NCBI GenBank assembly: GCA_043772535.1
Contig: JAYVGC010000063.1
Coordinates: 4,613 to 68,612 of the forward strand
From: Flavobacterium sp.
GTDB taxonomy: Bacteria; Bacteroidota; Bacteroidia; Flavobacteriales; Flavobacteriaceae
Length of the DNA: 64,000 nt
Direction: 5' to 3'
Below the pieces are notes generated by a model. It was given only the letters and a program-made list of their open reading frames with translations. It made no database searches and was not told the DNA's origin. The position numbers and the translations under genes are program-made. How positions within the stretch are numbered: the first letter of the stretch is position 1; each line of letters begins with the position of its first letter. This document shows positions 56,915-64,000 of the stretch, piece after piece.

Positions 56915-57786
56915 GTGGTGGTTTTTATATCGTTTATATACAATAAAAAACCAAGCGGCAAAGCCACCAGCGACTTTATGAACGATACTTTTTTTAATTT
57001 TATAAAAAATGGTACTTGCGAGCAAAATGCAAAACGCCAAAAATTTACTGTTGCCCGCACTTGTTGGGTTACGGGTATTTTAAATGATGCTAACTCACTA
57101 TAACACGCCATTGCGGCACTGGGAGATTTCATGCGTATTTTTACAATATTGAATGTTAAACCATCTGCAAGATACGCGGTAGTATAAATGCCCGTATTAA
57201 AAAAAAATAACGTGTATTTTTGTGCAATTCGGTTCCATACAAGTGCTTCAGGGCAAAAATTTTCGTTTTCATATTCCGGAAAAGGAAATTCTTTAAGTAC
57301 TTGGGTTTCAAAAACCTCAACCAAATCGCCACGCACTTGCCATTTATATCGTATTTCTATACTTGTGCTCACAACTGCTTCAAAAGCAGGTGACCCAACT
57401 ACTTTACCATCATAAAACATACGCCTGCCTGCTACCCCACTGATATTGTATTTTTTTTTGGCAAATATATAATTGGTAACAACCGTATTTATACCATGGT
57501 AAGGTAAATAATCGTCACTGTCTACCATAAAAAACAAGCTGCCCTGTGCAACAGCAACGCCTTTATTTATTGCACGGTGTTTCCCGCCATTTTCTTGCTT
57601 AAAATATCGAATTGCTATTTTATTTTCGGCAATAAAACACTTAATCAGTTGTGCTGTTCCGTCACTGCTGCCATCATCTACAATAACCCATTCAAAACAT
57701 ACATAGGTTTGTAGTAGTAAACTGCCGTATAATTTGGGCAATAAACTAGCTCTGTTGTAGGTTGCTGTAAATAGGGTTACCATCAT
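56911..57786 (-). CDS. glycosyltransferase, GT2 family
   Basis: Has 'VTLFTATYNRASLLPKLYGSLLLQT', 'VIVDDGSSDGT', 'FMVDSDD'. The start was trimmed to 57786, giving an ATGA overlap with the upstream gene. Confidence 0.85.
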   Translation of the reverse strand: MMVTLFTATYNRASLLPKLYGSLLLQTYVCFEWVIVDDGSSDGTAQLIKCFIAENKIAIRYFKQENGGKHRAINKGVAVAQGSLFFMVDSDDYLPYHGINTVVTNYIFAKKKYNISGVAGRRMFYDGKVVGSPAFEAVVSTSIEIRYKWQVRGDLVEVFETQVLKEFPFPEYENENFCPEALVWNRIAQKYTLFFFNTGIYTTAYLADGLTFNIVKIRMKSPSAAMACYSELASFKIPVTQQVRATVNFWRFAFCSQVPFFIKLKKVSFIKSLVALPLGFLLYINDIKTTT

Positions 57787-58844
57787 TTGGTTGCAATTAT
57801 ATAACAAACTATTGATAAATAAGCAATAATTAAGGCAATTATAGCATTTTGATGTTTGTAAATCTTTTGTATTGACAACGGATATAAAAAAATAAACGGA
57901 ATTAAAAACCAACTTAAATACGCAAAGCGATCAGTAAACGCAATGCGAATTACTAACAGCCACACTGCATTTACAACAATGTATAACGAAAGCATTCTAT
58001 TATAGAATTCGCTATTAATTTTACTCTTTATTTTTAAACCATACACTATTGGCGCAACAGAATAAATTAAAAAATTTAGTTTAAAGCCTGCTTTATAACC
58101 ATCGTTTTTGCCAGTAACATAATTATTTAATCGTACATCGCTGCTACTCACAAAATCGCCAAGATATACCGCTATTGCGTTGCCAAAAATTAAGGTAAGT
58201 ACTAAACAAAAAATCCAAAAGTAAATAAAATTGTTTTTGGGATTGTATTTTTTTATAATATAAAAAGCTACTGCCGGAATAATTAAACTTTTGTGAATAA
58301 GCACCGCGATAATTGTAAAAAAAAGATGTTTTAATCTGTTGCTTTGGTATACAATAGCTATTAAAAATAAGGACAGACCCATACCTTGCCTTAATGTATT
58401 GGTGCCATAGGCATAAAACCCAAGCGAGCAAATAGTAGCAAAAAAAACTATAAATTGGTGTTCTTTGGTAAAAAAATGTTTGATAAATTTAAGGTATCCA
58501 AAAATATAAATTGATGCAATTATAACTAAATAAGCGTAGAATGAATTAAAAAAATATTTGACACATTTTGATAATAATATAAAGCCAAAATCGCCCGTAA
58601 ATTTATTTTTTTTAAGGTCAAAAACACTTTCAAAGGAAGACATGTAGTTGTATTTGTCGTCGTAAATAAAAATAGGTTCACTGGTAAAAAATAACAATAT
58701 ACCAATGCCAAAAAAATATAAAAGTGCTGTTGGTGCAGCAATTGTTTTTTTACTAATGAGCAACCTTAACGATAGTAAAACCGTCATAAATAGAATGCTG
58801 TTGTACCAAAAGCCAGACCAATTTTGTGTCGAATAGGTTTCCAA
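57783..58844 (-). CDS. polytopic membrane protein, O-antigen/capsule polymerase-like (Wzy/EpsG type)
   Basis: About 10 predicted TM helices, no enzymatic motif, and embedded among glycosyltransferases. Confidence 0.65.
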   Translation of the reverse strand: METYSTQNWSGFWYNSILFMTVLLSLRLLISKKTIAAPTALLYFFGIGILLFFTSEPIFIYDDKYNYMSSFESVFDLKKNKFTGDFGFILLSKCVKYFFNSFYAYLVIIASIYIFGYLKFIKHFFTKEHQFIVFFATICSLGFYAYGTNTLRQGMGLSLFLIAIVYQSNRLKHLFFTIIAVLIHKSLIIPAVAFYIIKKYNPKNNFIYFWIFCLVLTLIFGNAIAVYLGDFVSSSDVRLNNYVTGKNDGYKAGFKLNFLIYSVAPIVYGLKIKSKINSEFYNRMLSLYIVVNAVWLLVIRIAFTDRFAYLSWFLIPFIFLYPLSIQKIYKHQNAIIALIIAYLSIVCYIIATK

Positions 58845-58853
58845 TAGTTGTGC

Positions 58854-60008
58854 TTATATTAAATTGTATAATTTTTCAATTTCACTTTCATTGCTGTTGC
58901 GTTCTTTTTTTAAATTAAAAGCGTAGGTACGTTGCAACGCCTCGTTGGTAAGCAAATCTATTACATTTTGAGCAATAATTGCGCTATCAAATGCGGTAAT
59001 TGTGGCCGTATAATTGTGTTGAAACTGGTCTTGTACCGTGCTAAAATTAGTAACTACAATGGGTTTACAAAATAATTTGGCTTCGTCTAAAGCAATAGAT
59101 TTTCCTTCAAAATAAGCGGTATGCACTATAATTTTGGCATTTTTTAGGTACGGATACGGATTAGGAGTAACTCCAACAAAAACAATATTATCTTGCAAGC
59201 CGTACTTTTGCACCAACCCATAATAATCATGGTCGTGAGTGTTTTGCCCCACAAAGTACCAAGTAAAATGAACACCCCTTTGTTTTAATAGTGCCGCCGC
59301 TTCAAGCGCAAGTAGTGTGCCTTTAGTTTTTATTAAATGACCTACGGTTACAATTGAATTTACCTGCATTTTTGCAAGAGGTTCTGCTGCCAAGCGATTC
59401 ATTACTTTTAAGGAAGAGATGTTTTCAAACAGCTCTATTTTACTAGATTGATTTGGGAAATAGTTTTTTAAAGACTGTACGCAAGTTGCTGAAATAGTAA
59501 AAATTTTATCCACTTTGGGATAGTATTTTTTATCCATAAAATAGTAGTAGGCCCATTTGGAATAATCACTATGAAAAAAACTTACTTTTACCTTTGCATT
59601 TACGTAATCTACTAAATAATACAACTGATGCTGCCCATTATAATCTACTGCCAAGTCGTACTGCTTGGCTATTTTCAAAATACCTTTTGATAATAATTTT
59701 GCTCCAATGCCTTTATTAAACAACATAAACACTGCCGCAAAAAATCGCAGTAGTACGGCAAAAAAATAGCCTTTTTTTAGTAATAAAAGTAAGTTGTTGG
59801 GGAACTTTGAAAAAAAGAGTTGCGTTTTATAATCGCTAATTACAGTAATGCCTTTGGGTAATAAGTTCATAAAAACCCCTGTTGGGTGTAACAGCAACAC
59901 ATCAATTTCGAACCGATTGGTATCGATAACATTCAATAAAGTCGACATGCTTTTTGATACGCCTCCGCTTTCCATAGTACTAACGATAAAAAGTATTTTC
60001 TTGTTCAT
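58854..60008 (-). CDS. glycosyltransferase, GT4 family
   Basis: Has 'FIVSTMESGGVSKS' and 'TAYFEGKSIALDEAKLFCKPIVVTNFSTV'. Confidence 0.8.
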   Translation of the reverse strand: MNKKILFIVSTMESGGVSKSMSTLLNVIDTNRFEIDVLLLHPTGVFMNLLPKGITVISDYKTQLFFSKFPNNLLLLLKKGYFFAVLLRFFAAVFMLFNKGIGAKLLSKGILKIAKQYDLAVDYNGQHQLYYLVDYVNAKVKVSFFHSDYSKWAYYYFMDKKYYPKVDKIFTISATCVQSLKNYFPNQSSKIELFENISSLKVMNRLAAEPLAKMQVNSIVTVGHLIKTKGTLLALEAAALLKQRGVHFTWYFVGQNTHDHDYYGLVQKYGLQDNIVFVGVTPNPYPYLKNAKIIVHTAYFEGKSIALDEAKLFCKPIVVTNFSTVQDQFQHNYTATITAFDSAIIAQNVIDLLTNEALQRTYAFNLKKERNSNESEIEKLYNLI

Positions 60009-60014
60009 TTTTGT

Positions 60015-61133
60015 TTACAATTCGACTATTAACTGGTCAAATGCCCGCACCGTATTTTCAATATCAAAAGCTGCTGCCCGCTGATAACCCAAGGTTTTGT
60101 ATTGATTGCGTACTATTTCGTTATCCATCATTTTTTTAACAGCTAGGTAAATAGATGTATCGTCATGATTGCACAACAAACCATATACATTATTGTGTAT
60201 AATTTCGGTTGGTCCGGCTGTTTTGGTCGATACCACCGGAACACCCAAAACCATCGCTTCACAAACGACCAAGCCAAATCCTTCATAGCCAGAAGGCAAG
60301 AGCAACACATCGGCGTTTTTGATGTAAGGATATGGATTTTTAAGAAACCCTAAAAATGCCACGCAATCGGTAACGTTTAAATCTATTGTAAGTTGCTGCA
60401 ACTCATTTTTTAATTCGCCGTCGCCAATAATTTGAAATGCAACAGCATATTTTTCTTTTTTTAAACGGGCTGCCAAACGAATAACACGATCTATTTTTTT
60501 TGGCATTGTTAAACGACCAACCGTAACAATGGTAAATTTTTTATTTTTTACTAAAAACGTTTCATTGGCTAATTTAGCAATTTTTATGCTGTCTATTGGG
60601 TTGTACAGCACCCTTTTTTTAGTTTGGCACGCTGGAAATCGCTTTTCAAAAGCCATTTTTGAATCGTTACTAACACACACCACTACATTCATTTTACGGT
60701 ATGCTTGCAACTCGTCGTTGTCCGAAAATAAAGTGGCTTGGTACCGAAAATTAAATAAATCACAATGAACCCATGTAATTTTTTTGGCAGTTGTAGCCAT
60801 TAACGCATGCAATTTAAGAGGCATTCCTTCTAAGAAGCTAATTTCAACATCGTATTTTTTTACAATTTTATTTTTTAAAACCCGTTTAAACATATAATTG
60901 TTTTTGAACCATATTGACGTTCGCAACGCCACTTTATAGTACAGCGAATAATTTTGCCACAGTGGTATAATGGTAACTTGTTTGGGTACTTCGGGCAGCA
61001 TTATTCCTTGATTTATAATTAGGCATAAATCGACATCGTATTTTGTATGATCTAGGTTGGTCAACAAATCGATTAAAACGCGCTCGGCACCACCTCCTCC
61101 TAAAGATCCGTGCAAGAATAATATTTTTTTCAT
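60015..61133 (-). CDS. glycosyltransferase, GT4 family
   Basis: Has 'LHGSLGGGGAERVL' and 'PSGYEGFGLVVCEAMVLGVPVVSTKTAGPTEII'. Confidence 0.85.
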   Translation of the reverse strand: MKKILFLHGSLGGGGAERVLIDLLTNLDHTKYDVDLCLIINQGIMLPEVPKQVTIIPLWQNYSLYYKVALRTSIWFKNNYMFKRVLKNKIVKKYDVEISFLEGMPLKLHALMATTAKKITWVHCDLFNFRYQATLFSDNDELQAYRKMNVVVCVSNDSKMAFEKRFPACQTKKRVLYNPIDSIKIAKLANETFLVKNKKFTIVTVGRLTMPKKIDRVIRLAARLKKEKYAVAFQIIGDGELKNELQQLTIDLNVTDCVAFLGFLKNPYPYIKNADVLLLPSGYEGFGLVVCEAMVLGVPVVSTKTAGPTEIIHNNVYGLLCNHDDTSIYLAVKKMMDNEIVRNQYKTLGYQRAAAFDIENTVRAFDQLIVEL

Positions 61134-62158
61134 TGTTTACCACTATTTACGATTAAGTTTATAACTGCTTGCGGGGATGCATAATTTTCATAATATATTT
61201 TACTATTTTTTTGCAATTTTTCTCTAAATATTCTATCCTTTAATTTTTCGATTGCATTTGTTAATTCAACGGTAGTATTTACAATTAAAATGTGTTCATT
61301 ATGTTTTAATTCGCCAGGAAGTTTATTGCTTAACGGTGTAGATATTATTGCTTTGCCCATTGCCAAAAATTCACCAAGTTTCCATCCATGACAATTATGT
61401 ACTGCTGGAGTATTAAAAACAAAAAGAGATTTTTTTATTTTTAATATGTATTCACTCGGTTTAACGCGTATTGGTGATAACATATCTTCATATTTACTAG
61501 CCTCACTCGAATTGTTTTTTGAAATAAAACCTCCTTCAAACATTTCCACACTACTTTTTGCTGCTTTCATAAAACTGTATCTTAACGGATTAGTATAATC
61601 AATACATTCTTGATGACTCCATAAAGTAGAAGCAAAGAATACATACTCTTGTTGTTCGTCTTTACTAATTGATAAATAATTTGCAATTGGTTGCCTAAAT
61701 GCACAGGCATTATAACTACCAATAAAAGTTTTTATAGATACTGGTCTGTTAAAAAAACACTTAATCAAGTTTGCTATTGCAATATATCTATTTTGATATT
61801 TATTGTATATTTTAATTCCAAAAGATGGTGGAATACTTAATAATTTTTCTCTAAAAATTACATAATCCTTGCAAATATTAATTTTTGCATAAACATCAGT
61901 CCATATATAAGCAGATTCACTGATATAATTTTGATCACCGTAATCAACAATGCAACGCATAAGTTTTTGTGACTGGTTGTCAATTACTACAAAAGCAAAA
62001 AATTGATCAAAATCACTTCTCCCACTATACGAAAGCAACTTAAAATAGTTATTACCAAATTTTACATTCTCTTTGCCATATTTTTCATAAAGACCTAAAA
62101 TATAATATGAAGAATATAAAATTTGACACCGTGAATCTATATATACTCTATTTTTCAT
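61130..62158 (-). CDS. hypothetical protein, possibly a GT-B-like glycosyltransferase
   Basis: ATGA-type overlap with the downstream GT4. Only the C-terminal segment 'HGWKLGEFLAMGKAIISTPLSNKLPGEL' looks GT-B-like. Confidence 0.5.
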   Translation of the reverse strand: MKNRVYIDSRCQILYSSYYILGLYEKYGKENVKFGNNYFKLLSYSGRSDFDQFFAFVVIDNQSQKLMRCIVDYGDQNYISESAYIWTDVYAKINICKDYVIFREKLLSIPPSFGIKIYNKYQNRYIAIANLIKCFFNRPVSIKTFIGSYNACAFRQPIANYLSISKDEQQEYVFFASTLWSHQECIDYTNPLRYSFMKAAKSSVEMFEGGFISKNNSSEASKYEDMLSPIRVKPSEYILKIKKSLFVFNTPAVHNCHGWKLGEFLAMGKAIISTPLSNKLPGELKHNEHILIVNTTVELTNAIEKLKDRIFREKLQKNSKIYYENYASPQAVINLIVNSGKQ

Positions 62159-62254
62159 TTAATTATTGATAATTAATCTATCTCGATTGCGCAAGTTGAT
62201 TATTTGGTAGTTTGCCACAATAATTGCTAATTGTAGAAGCAACTTATACCAAAA

Positions 62255-63247
62255 CTATTTCGTGATTAATCTTTTTTTTATAATTGATATTTTATAGTAC
62301 CAGTAAACAAAGATGGGTTTTTTTAATTTCAATATTTTTTTTAAAACACCATTAATCTGTAAATTACGTACGGCATCATAACAAAAATTATAATACGCAC
62401 TGGCAAATAATTCGTTTAACTCAGATAATTGTTCTGTTTTTGATGTTCGAGCATGAGTATGAAAAACATTAGAAATTTTTCGCAAACATGTTTGAAGAAT
62501 AAATTCTTGTACTAAAAAAGTGTCATTTTTTGACTTCACAAAAGTATTTAGTTGCATGTATAAATATTCTATATGATTAAAGTTAAGATGAAACCTACCA
62601 GAAGCTGAAATTTTATGGTTTACATAAACGTATCCAAAACAATTAATTAATAAAATCTTGTCAATATGCTTAGCATAGTTTAAATTAAATAAAATATCTT
62701 CTTGGTACGTATAATTTTCATCAAATTGAATTACATGTTTTCGTATTATTTTTGTTGAATATATCTTTGCACAAGGCGAACTAAAGCAATAATACCGCAA
62801 CAAATCAATAAAATTATTTTTTTCAATTTGCTTTTCAGGATAAACCGTCAATAACTTTTTAAAATCTAAACTTTCTATCAAATTATTATTTTCTTCGATA
62901 ACCATTCCAGAAATTGTCCAAATTTTGTCACAAGTATTTTTAATAATTTGTACCAAATAATCAGGTTTCACATAGTCATCACCATCAATAAACATAATAT
63001 AATCGGCTTGCGCCAAGTCAATTCCTCTATTTCTAGTATAACTCACGCCTTTATTTTCGTGACTGTACACTTTGATTCGTACGTCTTTTTTCTGAAAATC
63101 GTTGCAAATCGCTAAAGTGGCATCTGTAGATCCGTCATTTAATAACAGTAATTCAAAGTCTGTAACGGTTTGATTGAGTACACTTTCGATACATTTTGGT
63201 AAGTGTTCGGCGTTATTGTAACATGGTATAATTATTGAAACTTTCAA
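62255..63247 (-). CDS. glycosyltransferase, GT2 family
   Basis: Has 'VSIIIPCYNNAEHLPKCIESVLNQT', 'LLLNDGSTDAT', 'MFIDGDD'. Confidence 0.88.
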   Translation of the reverse strand: MKVSIIIPCYNNAEHLPKCIESVLNQTVTDFELLLLNDGSTDATLAICNDFQKKDVRIKVYSHENKGVSYTRNRGIDLAQADYIMFIDGDDYVKPDYLVQIIKNTCDKIWTISGMVIEENNNLIESLDFKKLLTVYPEKQIEKNNFIDLLRYYCFSSPCAKIYSTKIIRKHVIQFDENYTYQEDILFNLNYAKHIDKILLINCFGYVYVNHKISASGRFHLNFNHIEYLYMQLNTFVKSKNDTFLVQEFILQTCLRKISNVFHTHARTSKTEQLSELNELFASAYYNFCYDAVRNLQINGVLKKILKLKKPIFVYWYYKISIIKKRLITK

Positions 63248-63287
63248 ATTTATCTGTCTTTTAGTTCTTTATGTCGTGCTGCTATCT

Positions 63288-63473
63288 TTACTTGGTACGC
63301 TTTTTATATTCATCACTGCACAATACTTTTATTTCAGCCAAACGCTGCAAATTGTATTCTCCATTTTCAGCACCTGCATAACCAAGATAACACATAATTT
63401 CGATAGTTCCATTGGCATTTTTAATAATCGTATTTAATATTTCTGCCGTTGCATTGTTATCTAAAACTACCAC
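63288..63473 (-). CDS. small hypothetical ORF (61 aa, GTG start), possibly a gene remnant
   Basis: Short ORF between two GT2 genes. 'VVVLDNNATAEIL' vaguely recalls a GT2 N-terminal region. Weak. Confidence 0.3.
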   Translation of the reverse strand: MVVLDNNATAEILNTIIKNANGTIEIMCYLGYAGAENGEYNLQRLAEIKVLCSDEYKKRTK

Positions 63474-63521
63474 ATTAAAATTATAATATACTTTATTAAC
63501 TCAGCAAAACATCAACAATAT

Positions 63522-64000
63522 TTATTTATAATCTAAAAATTTATATGTTAATGCTGACTTTGAAATTTGTAAATTATTTTTTAACATAGTAAAATTATAT
63601 AATTTATAACGAAATAATTTTAGTGAAGCGTTGGCTGTCTTTTTCTTGTTTAAGACCAATAAGTACATAAAATAGCTAACAATAAGTCTTACTGCCGAAA
63701 GGTTGTAAACTTCATTCGTATTCGGATTTGCCCACAATACCAAACGATCTCTAAACATTCTTTCACTTAAATCAGCGTGTTCTGCTGGCATTTGATCGCG
63801 ATCATGCAATACAAAGGCGAGTGGGTAAATTGCGATAGATACATTATGAAACTGCGCTCGATGGCAATAATTATTATCTTCGCCATAATGATAAAATGTT
63901 GGGCTAAAACCACCCACAATTCGAAAACAGTCTTTTGATACTAGCCATGCGGCGGCATTCACAAAATTGGTTTGATATAGTTTATTTTCGACTTTATTTA
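63522..64000 (-). CDS. GT2-family glycosyltransferase (rhamnosyltransferase-like), C-terminal part; 5' end outside the window
   Basis: Has 'AAAWLVSKDCFRIVGGFSPTFYHYGEDNNYCHRAQ', typical of the GT2 C-terminal half. The frame stays open from 63962 to the window end. Confidence 0.75.
   Translation of the reverse strand, partial: NKVENKLYQTNFVNAAAWLVSKDCFRIVGGFSPTFYHYGEDNNYCHRAQFHNVSIAIYPLAFVLHDRDQMPAEHADLSERMFRDRLVLWANPNTNEVYNLSAVRLIVSYFMYLLVLNKKKTANASLKLFRYKLYNFTMLKNNLQISKSALTYKFLDYK

Overview
This 64 kb window looks like a low-GC Bacteroidota chromosome, probably Flavobacteriia-like. That assignment is inferred from gene content and composition only. It has four blocks.

(1) nt 1-18.3 kb is an accessory island that ends at tRNA-Ser(UGA). 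It carries two small HTH proteins, a primase/DUF3987-type replication protein and a DUF3800-like gene pair. It also has a Type I R-M system (hsdM-hsdS...hsdR) interrupted by a three-gene cassette containing a SecB-like chaperone. The rest is an XRE-HTH/ImmA fusion operon, a ~1 kb ORF-free GC-elevated segment, and a thermonuclease-like gene. No integrase or transposase is visible in the window.

(2) 18.5-31.3 kb is housekeeping: ribBA, an LptF/G-family permease, lolA-like, ftsK, dgkA and tpx. It also holds an arsR-arsC-acr3 operon, sdaA and an ABC exporter.

(3) 31.6-45.6 kb is a 14 kb single-strand Ter supercluster. It has five TerD paralogs, a HAD plus PRTase pair, TelA, three TerY-like vWA proteins, a PP2C phosphatase, a Ser/Thr kinase, TerC, and several small or unknown ORFs.

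(4) 46-64 kb is a capsule/O-antigen locus with a CpsB-like phosphatase, wzc, wza, PglF/E/D/C-like genes, a Wzy-like polymerase and about eight glycosyltransferases.

The best candidates for something new are the SecB-like cassette inside the R-M operon, the expanded TerY-P/Ter cluster, the DUF3800 pair and the ORF-free segment. All calls come from reading motifs by eye. No database search was run.
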